Source of the DNA: Klebsormidium nitens
Taxonomy: Eukaryota > Plantae > Klebsormidiophyceae
Assembly: GCA_000708835.1 (NCBI GenBank)
Contig: DF237316.1
Coordinates: 1-64,000 of the forward strand
DNA length: 64,000 nucleotides
Direction of reading: 5' to 3'
The position numbers and the translations under genes are program-made. Positions 1 through 13,300 of this stretch are shown piece by piece. The notes beneath the pieces were generated by a model. The model had not been told where the DNA came from and searched no databases. It was given only the letters and a program-made list of their open reading frames with translations. Positions within the stretch are counted from its first letter, which is position 1, and each line of letters starts with the position of its first letter.

Positions 1-675
1 TGTTCAGCGCCGCTTCAGTAATTTCCGATGGTCTTATGCCAGCGTCAGCATTTGCCAGTGCTGTTGATGGGGTGAGCTTCCTGAGCGGGAACCAAGAAGC
101 CTTTGGATTGTACGAGTCCACAATCAACACACTTGGTCTGAACGCTTGTGAAGGGCATGAAGATCTTCAAGTTCACCGCTTTTCCTTGGTCAAAACGATG
201 GTTTATAAGGAATGTTCTGGTATGCTGTACCGTGAGTACGCCAAAAGACTCCAGCTTGTTGGTGGGGAACCGCTCATCTTAGACAGAAGAGCAGGCACAT
301 GGCCTAGAGCAAGGAAACGGGTCCAGTATCAGTATTCATGCTCAGAGTGGAGCAAGGGAGTCATGTGTTGGTACCGCTTCTTGCCCTTACCTAGCGGAGC
401 TCGTTCAGAGAAGTCGAAACGCAGCGTAGATCTATGGGAACTAGGCAGGTCGATACCATGGCCGTTTGATTAGACTGAGTGCGTTGTTGCACTGCTTCAA
501 CCTGTTAGATTGTATCAATGCATCTGGTAGACACTCACATGTTGCAAACAACACAATGGCACGAGCGTCTCTCAAAGGCGCCTTCTTCCTTCCTTCATGC
601 TTTCCTGATTATGATATCGATCATGTTCCTCCTGCTCAAGTCTATAGTCTCACTTCACTCTACAGACTGAGCCTA

Positions 676-733
676 GTCAGCTTTCCTTGCACAGTCAGCT
701 TTCCTAGCACAGTCAGCTTTCCTTGCACAGTCA
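676..733 (+). repeat. 18-bp minisatellite (AGTCAGCTTTCCTTGCAC)x3
   Basis: Read directly, with one mismatch in the second unit. Confidence 0.8.
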
Positions 734-1670
734 ACTTATCCTGATCAAATCTTAGCCGTTCCCTCAAGTGCATCGTGACCGTCGATTCACTAACCATAGA
801 GTAATTCGATTGACCGAATTCCTAACCGAATTCTAACACAACCGTGGTCGACGACTACCAGTGAGGACTCCAAATGCGACGTCGGGCTATCTAGGACAAT
901 CATCATACTGATACAATCACATCCAACATGTCCGGATCTGCAGCTCAGTAGCGCTATTCAAGTCAGTGTGTCTATATTTTCCTGTTAAGATCAACCCTTT
1001 CTGCGAGGCGAATGCAATATAGACACCACTGTGAAGACACCACGTGACTCATATATGGGCAGCTTTGGTCACCTTTTCAATGGGTACGTGGCAAATCTGA
1101 TCGTATATAATTGGCCGCAGGCTGCATTCTGGCATTGCATAGATGACGGTGCCATGAGAATGCCGACCATGTTGTGATTCTCTTGCACGCGGGCCCATGC
1201 TAGTGCGGCCGGCCGCTCTAGGCACGACCCCGTACTCGTGATTACCCCTTGTCCGCGAGCCGCGCAAATGTTCTTTATACAAGTCTGACTTTATCTTCTT
1301 GACACCAGATGATTTTGCCTTTCGAATCTGGGCGGCCCTGTAAGCTTGCAACCATAATTCGGCGGCGGGCTCCGATCGACCATGCATGCAAGATTGGCCC
1401 GGAATTCCATCATTTGCTCCACACTGCTCATTGAAGGTGGTTGCTGATTGTCACGCAGATTGCGAACTCAATCGACACTGCATGCGGTGGTCCTTGCCAG
1501 ACATGGAAGACGAACTGGCCAACTCTCCTGAACCCATTTGCACCACACTGAGTTGGTATCCTTCTCAATTCAGGATCGATAAGGATTGCCTAATTGGTTG
1601 CATGCCAATATGAATCAAACTGCACACACGTGTCCTTGATTCCTGCGCTTTGCACTCTGCCTAAGCTAGC

Positions 1671-4600
1671 CTAGCTACCAATGAAAGGCAGCGTTGCTAA
1701 TTTCATTGCCTGCACGTGGCCCCATGCCAATAACACTGCAACGGCAACAGCTACCAGCACGATGGCGACGGGGTTCGCTTGCCCGGCCACGGCTTCGCCT
1801 TTTTTTCTATCGCTAACACTCGGTTCCGATGCCTCGTCGCTTTGCGCTCTACTACTGCTACTCTCGAAAACCCTGTTCTCTCTATCTGTATTCAACTCAG
1901 TCCGTTCGAGCACCGCTGTGCGGCCCGATCCAAATTCTTCCCGCCCCCGGTCTGAACGGGCCCTTCCATCATTCGTCCTTCCTCGCAACCCCGCTTTCCC
2001 GTTACTGTGATTTTCACCGGACGTCGACCCCACGCCCCACCCCCCTCGATGCTCCGCGTGGTGGCCGTTCCCTGTATCGAAGAACTTGACGAACTTCCCG
2101 TTTTCCAGAACCCCTACTTTCCCTCGCCCGCTGACGCTCGCTCCGTTTCCGTTTTCGTTTCCGTTTTCACTTTCCCGCCCCCACCGCTCCAAGAAGTCGC
2201 GTGTGCCCTTCCACCGCGTCTCCTGCTTCTTCGCGCGGATCGCCGCCGCACCGTTTTCGTACCCCCCCTTTTCGACAAACTCGCGCACCTCCGCGCTCCA
2301 CCTCGTTGGCCGTCCCTTCTCGTCCACCGTCTCCCCCGCGCCGTTCTCGAAAAACTCGTCGAACCGCTCCCTGACGTCACTCCCCGTCGGGATGACGTCG
2401 GTCGTCCCGTCCTCCTTCACGGTCCCAATCCCGCCACCCAACACCTTCGGACGCCCGTTCCCGTCCGAACCGCTCTCGCCTTCCCCCCGGTGTTTTTCGC
2501 CCCAAAATTGAACCCCCAGTCCGATACCGCCCATGATCTTTTCGGACACTTCCGTCCAGATGGCGCCGTCCGAATCTTCGCCGTCCGCTTTCTCCCCCAG
2601 CGCTCTAACCACCACCTTCTTCTTCCGGTGCCCTTTAGCGGAGCCCTCTTCGTCCCGGTCCGCCAGCTCCCTAACCTTGGACACAACCTCGTTAACCAAA
2701 AACGCCCACCCCTTCTCGCCGGAAGCAGCCCAACCGCCCCCATCTGCCCCACTTTCAGAACCCGGCTCCTCGCCAGCCTCTGACAAGTCACCAGCCGCGT
2801 GCCGGTTCTTGAAATTTGGATCCGTCGCGCCGTTCTCCACGTGAGACCGCTTTTTGGCCTTGCTGGGCGGTGGACCCGAAGACGATGCCTCCTCGGTTTG
2901 GAACCGGGTTACCTCAGCGACCGCGCGGCCGTTTTCGAGTCCCGTTTCGTCGCTGGTCGCCACCTCGGCGAACCCGGCGCTCTTCCCCTGCTTCAGCTGC
3001 GAGGAGAAAAACATGCAAAGCGTCAGGACTGATGACGAGCAGCTCAGAATTTCAATCTCATTTCGTCAATGACAATCCGACACGTGTTGAGCCGCTTGAA
3101 TGCGTACACCCAAAAGCTGATTTTGCACAGCAGAACCCATATGAGATACCACCAGAAATACCGAAGAAGTACTAAAAGCGAAAGGGGTTTTCCTTTCCTT
3201 GTAGTCTGGCTCCGGCAGTGAACCCGCTGATCAAGATTGCCTTGACCCCGAGACAGAAGTCAAAAGGTTTACCCGCAATCAGTTTGGGAATGCACCATTT
3301 CAAACACGGGTAAGCAGCTTCAGTCCATTCCAGCAATTTTCACAACACCCAAATGCCTGCCATGTGGATGCAGAAAGGTAACCAGGAAGGAAGTTGGGCG
3401 CACATTTGGCTTGGGAACACTCGTTCACAGGCTGCAGAGCCGCGAGACGCCGGAGAACGAAGGGGCGATTTGACCATGAGCTGGAAATCTGCCTGAAACA
3501 GTTGGCTTTGCCCACCACTAAACCCCACTTTACACATCTCCAGCCAGAATCCGGCGCCAGGGTCATAATTACTGGCTGGCTGGTGCTGATGTAAGGGTGC
3601 GCGTCGACCGAAAACCTACTTGGCCTCCAGTCTTGCCTTTGTAGTACCGCCAAGGAGGAGGTCCGTACTTCTCAGGCCGAACTGTTGATTCGGTATGTAC
3701 CTTTCTAACCACGTGGATCTGTTGGACTGTTTAATTGGCTTAAGAATCTGGAAAGCTTTTTGCAGCTTTCCGGTCGATGCGAACCCTAATGTCAAACTGA
3801 AGCTTGCAACACTAGTCGGTTTGAGTGCAAGCATGACTGGCGGTTCTTTAGAAAGAGCACGAATTAGTCCGACTAGACCCGAGGAAGTGATTGACTACCG
3901 ACCCCTCACCTGGCTCTCGGCATCGTCTGCCGCCGCGGCTGCCGCTCCCATCGCGGCATCCTCCGTCTCGCCCTCCGAGTAAATCTTGATCGTTTGATGA
4001 GAGCCGTCCGATGGGTCGGTCCCGAACTCCGAGTCGTCATCCACGAACGACTTGTACGTCAGCAAAAGGCGCACCGAACCGGCCACGCGCCGCACGCCAA
4101 AGGGCCCCTCGCGCTTCAGGGGGACCCAGACGTCGGTGGGCACGCAGTCTTTCAGCTTCCAGATGGGCACCTGCATGAGAATGACGATACACATATGAGT
4201 ATGTTACTGTGACATATGGAATTGGTACGTTACTGTGTCATGAGAAAATGGTGGCACGGTCATATTGCTCGCCAAAGAATTTATCCATGGGGGACATAGA
4301 CACAAAATGCTGCACAGTCGTTTTGATTTCCAGTGGGCATCTGATCCACCAGCGTTGCGGAAAATTAAGCTTCGTTGTCTCCCTACTTTTGGGGCTTTGA
4401 ATTTTGCACGTGACAAAAACTGTTCATCTTCAGGGGAGTTCCCACGCAAGAAATGGCCCTCAGCCATTCCCGCCAGTGGGCACGCATGCCTTGAGCTAGG
4501 TACATGAACAACGTGGAGGACGAAACATTCCAAGCCTTTTGCATGTTTCCTCCTTTCGGGCTTCGAAATACCCATCTATGGTCCAAATTCCAACAATCTG

Positions 4601-7600
4601 CAAGACCAGAATCTTCCAGAAGCACTAGTAACTAGGATGAAAGGATGTCAAGCTGCGTGAAGGAGGCTACACGCGGGCTACTAAGTACTACAAGTAGCAG
4701 AGCTGTACAACAGAAACCTAGTGGGATCGATCTCGCCCTTGAAAGCAAAAAAGTTCTGACAGAGTATCTAATCGCCAGTCTCACCTCGCAGACGCCAATG
4801 TTGGGGCTGAACGTGAGGTGGCTGTCCCGCACATACACCTTCACGTGCTGCCGACTGGGGTTCGAGACCAGGAACTGGAAGTCCTGCGAGAGGAAGATAG
4901 GAAGGTTTGAATCTTGAACGTGACTCTACCTTACTCTATACATCAAGAAATCCGTTGCCGACTCAGATCCGTTGCCAACTACTGATTAGGCACTAGGGGC
5001 TGATCACAACGGCCTCGGGAGAGCGGACATGTTCAAACCCCGAAAAGCCAAAGGTCCAATCCTACATACACGTTTCGTAAGTCGTTTCAGAGAAGGAATC
5101 AAGGATCAACAACCTTGCTTCCAAAACCGGGTGCTCGTACACCAGTAAGATGCAAAGACTCGCTTTTGTCGACGTCGGGATCCCTCAGATTCCTAACTTG
5201 CCCACTAACCTGGTTCCAAACCGGGTTCTTGTGGCCAGACGGGTGCGACGTCTCGCTGTTCTTCTTGCTCTCCACCCATTGCTCCCCAATCGCGAGCGTG
5301 CAATACGGGTTGCTCCAACCGATCAGCCCCCCGATCGGCAAATTCTGCGCCTCGCAGAGGGTTACCGTTAACTCGCCCTTAAACCCTTCGGTTGTCGCGA
5401 TCTTTGGCGGGGAAGCAGTGGTACCGGGGCCGATCCGGACGGCCTCTACGATGTGAGAGGCGAAGCTATGCTCCTGGGGGATGATGTCGAAGTTTATACG
5501 CCGGGGGAGGACGTATAGGTTGGGGAGGTCGATGGTCAGCAGCTTGGTCAGGAATCTGCAGCGAAACGGTGGTGACTGTTGGTGTGAGGTTCCACAGCAC
5601 CACTGCAAAATCCGAAGCTTTAAGCGACAAGGGGCGAATGACGAGTGCAAAGGAGGATGGTCCGATAGGTTGACTATAAGAGTCGTGACAGTGTAACTTG
5701 TCAAGTAACGCGTACTTTAAGATTGGCGGGAGCGGCGGGCAGCTTCGAAAGCCACAACTACTGCACTCGTATTGCCAGGTTGGCAAATTCATTAAGCGGG
5801 AGAGTTCAAAATCTGAGCGGATATGTGATTGAATAACCAGCCGAGCCAGCACTCTAAACGCAACCAAAATTAACAGCGAGCGACCGATCAGTTGAGAGGG
5901 TTGATCCGCCACCAGTTGAAGATTACTCCAGACATTCAAGCGCATGACCATCGGTAGTGACCCAGAAGGCACTTGCGTCACGACCCTTTCGACCAGGCGT
6001 TAAATTCAGAGTTCGAACGAAGCCCAGGGGATAAGCCCGTAACCGTCGTACCTAACCAGAGCAAAAGGGAATCGCAAATAGATTGACGTGGCAAAACAAT
6101 TAAAGCTGCGCTAAGCAAAGCACAGAGGTCAAGCGGAAAACCATGGCCACTAACCTGGATAGGAACGGGATTGCGAACAGATTGACCAGTCGGAACGGCG
6201 CCAGCACCAGCTTGATCGTCGGGAGGCGCACAAACGCGAGCGACACCGTCCCAACGTACGGCGCAATCGGCGCTAACCGGATCTTAACCCACAGTTCCGC
6301 GTCCACGTCGAGGTCGTAGACTCCCACCGGAATGTTGGTTCCGAACGCGCTGGCTTTGAGGTGGAGGTTAAGGAGGCAGCGTGCGTCGCCCGTGTAACGG
6401 AGACCAATATGGTACCTGGGGAAAGGTTAGATCTGGGGTTATTTCTGAGGTTCAGAGCCTGGTTAGAGTGCGGCTTTAGAAAGCGCTGGCTTTGAGGTGG
6501 AGGTTAAGGAGGCAGCTCGCGTGTAGCGCAGACCAATATGGTACCTGGGGGAAGGTTAGTTTTGGGGTTATGTTCGAAATTTAGAGCGTGGTCAGAGTGT
6601 GGCTTCGAAAGTCCTGAGTAGTTGAGGTGGATAAGAAGACAGCGGGCATCGCCAGTGTAACGGAGACCAATATGGTACCTGGGAATCAGAAATCACAGTA
6701 AAGTGGAGGTTAGCGGGGTTTACGTAACCTTTGAACATCAACGTGCAACAATCTGAGTATGCTTAGTCCATGTCGCAAATGCGATTGGTCAATATTGGGA
6801 GCCGAGCGAAAAAGAGACCGCGAGACTCACTGCAGATCGTTTGCGCGCCTCGACGTGATGCGTTGGACGTTGCGAAAGGCCAGCGGTTCGTAGTCGAGGT
6901 TGAGTTCTGCCACCTCGATCCGGTCAATCAGATCTGGCTTTGCCAGCTTGTCAATCGCCGGTTGCAGGATGTCCACAATCCACTTCTCAACACTCCGCCG
7001 GTAGATCTTCCACATCTGCAAGACGACAAGATACATGGTTCAAAGTTCCTTCAACTATACACAGTGAAGAAGAACCTATTGTCTGGCCTCATCCTCCACC
7101 TCCCTCATCTTCGCAGCCCTGCATACCTTTACAGTTGGTCTTTCCCTTCTTCATCCTTCCAAGATTTCCGAAGCCATTTGACGAGATGATACTGAAGAAG
7201 TTTTTGCCAAGTAATAGAGGCGCTCCTGGTACCTCTCCTTATTCAAGTTACGTTCGCACCTATATTTCAACTCACTTCTGGCTTGCCCGAACACTTCACG
7301 CTGGATACGCTCATCATGGGAAATCTGCTGATTTGCATGTGCAGAGAAGCATGTTCTGCTTTTTCCAAGGAGAATGGTGTGACAAGGAGGCCCCTGATAA
7401 GGAAGCTAATGGGAGAGGCTGTGATAAACCATGCATGACGATCAAGAAGAAAGCAGGTGACAGCTCTAGAACAGGCGTATTTTTTAGTCCCCAAGACGGA
7501 TCTCAATTGAGCTTTCGGCAGCAGACAGCACTGTTCGACAACCCGTCACGAAATACGCGACACATTCCTGCACTAGACGAAATGCTAGTAAATAACAGGC

Positions 7601-8779
7601 GTAACGCCTTATCCTCGACAACTGATATTGTCGGTACGAGCAATAATGCCAACAAACGCCTTGAAGTCCGAGAGCGACCAGCGCCGATACCCCTGACGGC
7701 TTTGAGTCGTATATAGAGAAAATTTGGCGGTAGACTACTAGCGGCATGCAGAGTACGCAATTGCTTCCAAAACTCCTTACAAAGAGAAAACAGATTTACT
7801 CTTTCCATAAACGATGAGTCAAGATGGAAAATCCGTCAAATCAAGATTGCTAGAATGTGGCCGTACGTATGAAGTGACTGCCTAGGCACACCAAGCAGGG
7901 CTAGAAAGGCATACCAAAGTAGACGCTAAGCCCCCCAGGACTAATCTCTATTCATGAAGTGATTGGCCATTGCACAAGACTCGCTGACGAGCAGCGTACA
8001 CAAGCAGTCTCATCCAAACTGCGCTAGGGATAGATCCTAAGAATCTTTGGAGGGACGAAGAGAGGCAGAAAGAGAGGAAAGGGACCGAAGTGACGAGAGA
8101 CAGAAAGGATCGAAAAGGACCCAAAGAAAGAAAAAGCAGGAAACGAACCAACCTTGCCAACCACCATGTTGACCCACTCTACGCTCTCCTTCTGCCCCGT
8201 CGGCCCCGGCTCCGGGATCGTGTTGACCTTGTCCGACGCCCGATAGTTGAACATCGCCAGGTTCTGACTTGTCCACCACTGACCAATAAAGATCGCTACC
8301 AGCAAAGCAAACCCCGCGCCGATCGACGCAAATGTGAGGTCTCGGTACACGCCCTGTCCCGGGACGCTTGGAATCCACGAGGGAGCCTGTACGCTGGCTA
8401 TCAACCTTGGCGCCGGGTTTGACCCGCGCGAAGCGGCGGGGGCGGCAGCGGCGGCGGCCCAGCATGGCGCCCCTTTTCGCCTGCCTTTGCGGACTAACCA
8501 GTGGGGTTTGCTGTAGCCCGATTTGCTTAACGGAGGGCCACTCAGCTCAGGTTTGCATTCTACGGGGCTGCCACGCAGAGGGTCACTCAAACAAGATTTG
8601 CTCGAATAAGGTCTGCTGACGCCAACCCCAAACAAGTAGCTAGCTCTAGGATAGGAGACGCTTCCTTGCGCAAATCCGGGAAGAGTACAAGGAGCTGCTG
8701 GCGGATTTAGAAGAGAGGCGCCTCCGCAGGGCTTATTCAGACCAGCAGGTCCGCAAGGACCAATCACTAATAGCGACAT
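1671..8779 (-). CDS. SMP + C2 domain membrane-contact-site protein, NTMC2T5/tricalbin-3-like; 7 exons: 8779-8153, 7015-6831, 6415-6155, 5555-5210, 4883-4785, 4170-3910, 2996-1671
   Basis: All six introns are GT-AG and the frame is continuous across them. Transit-peptide-like N-terminus, TM segment (GAGFALLVAIFIGQWW), SMP start (ESVEWVNMVVGK/MWKIYR), C2 domain (FKGELTVTLCEAQNL...SNPYC...NPVWNQDFQFLV), long Gly/Glu-rich tail and C-terminal hydrophobic helix. Confidence 0.88.
6340..6690 (-). repeat. Three tandem ~130-nt copies of the splice acceptor plus 5' part of exon 3 of the SMP/C2 gene
   Basis: accaatatggtacctggg occurs three times; the exon-start positions on the minus strand are 6415, 6544 and 6678. 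Only the 6415 copy continues in frame. Confidence 0.85.
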
Positions 8780-9135
8780 TATTTCCCACCACCCCTAGTT
8801 GGTGGCTGTGGAAAGCTTACATGCAGGCTCCAAACGAAACAACTTTGTCAGTCTTAGGGCTTGCACGCTGCATCTCTTATCCATATTGAACTTCATGACC
8901 GCCATTTAAGGCCCAATACGAAGTGGTGGCCAAACAAGAAAGGCAGGCTGTCAAGCTCACACGGCGCTGGCTGGCTACGCTGCATTCCTGCTAGAGCTAT
9001 TGCCAATTGCTAACCATCTACAAGAAGCCCTCCTTTAGCTGCCTGGTTCTTTCACCATCCATTTTTGCGGTTTGGAAAAGAAGCAGCATGTGGAGCCATG
9101 CTGAGGAAGACGCGTTGTCCAGCGCCCATCTTGAG

Positions 9136-9673
9136 ATAACCATGAATCCTACTCCGGATTTTGCCAACTCCGGATTTTCTACTAGCAATCATCGATGAGG
9201 ACTCCAATTGCCCGGTCCTTCACCACGGTCTGAGTGGGCCTTACCCGGGCTACATTCCAAGCACACATGAAGCCCGGCAAGTTGAAAGGTGGCCGGAGCA
9301 GTGGGCCGGTCGAAATCTGGGCCGGGGCTTGGTCTTTGGAATTGGGTTAATATTGGGTACTACACAAAACACTGAGCCAGATTTGAGTGGTTAGCGGCCG
9401 GTGTAATGGGGCGGGGGTGTCTTGAGACTTGGAGGGGGGTCCGGCCCTTGGGAAAGAGTTGCTTCCGGGAGCTCGGGGATCCCGAATTGTCTCCTGAGAC
9501 CCATTTCTGGGCCAGTGACCTAACCCATAAGAGATTAGGTTACGCCGGCCAAGAAGTGCCCGAGTCGTCCGCCGGCGCCAGCCCCGGTAGAAGCAACTTT
9601 TCGCGCGTCCTCATATGGTAAGCTGATGCAAAAATCCGGAGTTGGCAAAATCCGGAGTTGAATTCATGGTTAT
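9136..9673. mobile_element. Non-autonomous DNA transposon (MITE), 538 bp, ~45-bp TIRs, 8-bp TSD ATCTTGAG
   Basis: Left end ataaccatgaatcctactccggattttgccaactccggatttt is the near reverse complement of right end aaaatccggagttggcaaaatccggagttgaattcatggttat. atcttgag sits at 9128-9135 and 9674-9681. Confidence 0.85.
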
Positions 9674-10371
9674 ATCTTGAGACGCGAGGGATCTGCGTTC
9701 GAAGTCGTTGCCAGCTGGATGGTGGCACTGGCAGTTGCTGCATCTGTTGCGCCTGTGCACACTGCACATCAGTTTCGTGCGTGAAAATGCTCTATTAATT
9801 GAATATCTATTGATATCTTTAATTTACCGAGGACTTGGAGGAAGCTCTTGTCGAAACGAAGGAATCTTGGTAAGTGGAACTTGAAACCCACCAAGAATTT
9901 GTAACGTAGGTACCTATCTAGTGCAAAATTGGTCAAGCAAAAGCCTGTTCAAATCGATCAATCCGACGGTTCGATTATCGAACTGCCTGGTGGCTTCAAC
10001 GTCCTCGAGATTCATAAAAGCTGGAGCAGAACAAATGGGGGGAGCGTTGTGACCCTGAACGAACCCCCACCTTCCTGAACTCGATGAGTCAGCAGTTTCG
10101 TTTTGCCACGCGGCGTCGTTTAGGCACATCGCAAACCAGAATGGAATCCATTCAACGGTCGCGATACGCTCAAGTTTGCAACTCTGCAAGGGCGCGCACC
10201 CCAGTTTTGCTCTAGCTTGGGGCCCTGCTTGGCGTCGTGGCTGGTTTCAAATTCCTGGATCGATTTGGGAGTCCTGAGCTTTCCAAGCACAAGCAAGCGC
10301 AATTGAGGACAGGGGCGCCCGCTCAGATCCAATTTGATTTGGCAAGGGGGCGTGAGGTTTTGGGTTCGAGG

Positions 10372-13300
10372 ATGGAGGCGGTATCGGTTGCCAGCCGGTT
10401 GCCTCTGGCGGGGGCAGCCTTGCGAAGTGCCTCCACGCTCCAGCACCCAAGGAGCAGATCTAGCGCTATCGCCCCGGTGCCTATCCATGCACGCATCAAG
10501 AAAGAACATGCTCCCCTTGCTGGGGCTATGCATAGATCACAACCTCTGCACAGGAGCTGCAATTCCCCTAGCTTGGGGGCGTTCTCGGCCTCCAGCGCGC
10601 CGGTCAGGCGGTTCAGGCGCGATGCTCCGGTTCGCGCATCTGCTGCTGCAGCAGCAGCGGGAGATGAGAACGAGCCAGAGGTGCTTGCTGTTCCATTCAC
10701 AGCGGCCGCCCCGGCAGCACCTGTTAAGAAGTTTTTGGGGACGGAGGTCACGACCCTCAAGAAAGTCATCCCCCTGGGGCTGATGTTTTTCTGCATCCTT
10801 TTCAACTATACAATTCTGAGAGACACAAAGGATGTGCTGGTGGTTACGGCACCAGGTAGCGGAGCCGAGATCATTCCCTTCCTCAAGACCTGGGTCAACC
10901 TCCCCGCAGCCATTGGGTTTGCCATCCTGTATGCAGACCTTGCCAACAAGCTGACCAAGGAGACCCTGTTCTACACTTGCATCATCCCCTTCATCGCCTT
11001 TTTCGGGGCGTTTGCATTCATCATGTATCCGTTGAGGGATGTACTTCACCCGACTGCCTTCGTTGACGGCATCCTGGCGTCGGTCGGTCCCGTTTGGGCG
11101 CCGCGTCTGTCTGCACCCCTCTCAATCCTGAGGAATTGGACGTTCTGCGTCTTCTATGTTGCGGCGGAGTTGTGGGGGAGCGTGGTTGTATCAGTGCTCT
11201 TCTGGGGCTTTGCAAACCAGGTAAGGGTGGTGGCATATCAATCCTTCTCGACCACCTTCTTGAATCCTTACCGTTGTCGCAATCTTCAAAGACCAAGCTG
11301 GTATCGATCCAAATTTGTATCATGTCCTTTGCTGATCAAACGTCTGTTGCTTAGTTTGTTGTCCATCAATCGGCGATTCGGCAAAGCATTGATAAAACCT
11401 GTTGTGACAATTGCCTTTCTTGCTTCGGTCATGTAGAGTTGATTGATCATTTCAACTTAGGCAGTCATTGCCAGTGGTCTTAGGTTGATCATTTGTGATT
11501 TTCTCTAAACCATATTTTCTTGTTTGTTGCTGCTTCTATGGTCTAGAGGCAGCCTGTCTTATGTTGTTTCGTCCCTGTGCAAGAATGACTCCCTTTGCAA
11601 CCAAATAGTTTTGCACATCAACAATTTTCCAGTTGCTCCAACAGTCATTCATTTGTTTTGATTGAGCAATATCACTCTTCTTTTAGGAAAGGATGAAACT
11701 ATTTACCTTTTGACCTTGAAGACATCCTGCGCCTGTCTTTAGCTTGCCAACCACATGGGAGCAACATCTTGTTTTCTTCTACTACAACAAAAGTATTCAG
11801 AAGATGTGTGTCGCCTGATTGAGAAGTGGTAATGCTCTGTGTATGATATTGGATTGGATGTAATTGCCTGTTTGCAAACTTATATTTTAACAAAAGCACA
11901 ACAGAGCATGTTTTGGCCACCAGGGATTAGTCTGCTGTATCCCTGAGAAGGTGGTGTCTCAGTCCAAATCTGAACGGGACTCTTGTTGCTGCCCGGCCTG
12001 TGATGCACTGCGCCTACTCTTTGACATACATGCAAATCGTACCATGAAATACAAATCAATTATGTTTCTACAACTTGGTCAAATGCGTCGTTCGTGCTGC
12101 TTATTGACAGTCCTTTGTACTTCTTCAAGATCTGCACCAATCTCTTCACACCACCCCTGTGTCTGTTGCGTGAAGACTTGAGAAGCCATCCTTTGGCACC
12201 AAACTGCTTCAGAAGCAAAGTTGTTTAGGTTGCCGCCGCGGCAAAATTGCCTGGCCCGTTTCGTACTTTGTTTCACCAGTTCTGATGCAACTCAAGCAGT
12301 CGTCCACCACTTTGCAGATACATATTCCGTCTATGCATCATATAATGAGAATTGTTGACCACCACTTTTTACTCGTGCAGATCATGGTTGTTGATGAGGC
12401 CAGCCAGTGGTACCCGCTTTTCGGCCTGGGGGCGAACGTTGCGCTCGTTGTCTCTGGCCGTGTGGTCAAGTACTTCTCCAATGTGCGGGCCACCTTGAAA
12501 CCTGGTGTCGATGGCTGGGCGCTGTCGCTTAGGTAAGCAGACCAAGAACTAGCATGTTTAGGTTCACTAATCTGCACAATGTGGATGGCTTCGCAAATGT
12601 TTACTGGTGGGGATTTGGAAAGCTGGCAATTGTCAGATCTGCTGCATCATTGTTTCTTGCTGACTAGCTGGCTCGTGCCATTCTCTCAGCGATGGGTAGA
12701 ACTATCTGCTCGATGAATTTGACCAGCTCCCACTGCGATCTTGTTGGGTTGATTGCATTTCTACTTCCATCTTAACAAGTTTAGTCTGAAACGTGGTAGA
12801 ATTCTGTTTTGGCGCTTACTGGTTAAGAAGACTCTGAAGTGTTTTCTCATTGTTTCACGAGTCGCAAAGTTCTGTCATGTGACAAGCGGTATGGAAATGC
12901 ATCGCAGTAGCTCCTTTGGCATTTAGGCAGCACCATGTTCAGTGATGATCCGCTGCATGTTTCAAGCCATTGACAATTGCCTGGAAAAGTGCACCAGCCT
13001 AAGAGATCAGATTCATTCGCATCTTTCTGTTTTTTCTTTACTGTCGTGTCTTGGATTCCACCATTTTTCCTGTCAAAAATTGGTAATTAGATTTGATAAC
13101 TTCGTTGATAATTTCGCAGCCTGGGTTGGAGTTGTACTCTTTGGACTAACATTATGTTTCCATAGCTGCTTGGAATTTTGCCTTAAGCTCCAGAATAACT
13201 GTCGTTCTTTAGACCCGCATACAGAGATAAGTAGAGCGACAGCTGATGTTCTCCATGGGGCTGTTGCATTTTCGCGATCATTGTCGCAAGTCCTTTTGTG

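Noticed and set aside
36-1613. Short ORFs at the window start
   Set aside because: No recognisable domain or splice structure; possibly a decayed repeat, but unsupported.
1681-2844. Plus-strand ORFs overlapping the SMP/C2 last exon, and similar antisense ORFs over the NTT, KDZ and primase genes
   Set aside because: They are shadows of GC-rich coding sequence on the opposite strand and carry no motifs.
1671-3014. Standalone 447-aa Gly/Glu-rich gene
   Set aside because: It is the last exon of the SMP/C2 gene, with an acceptor at 2996.
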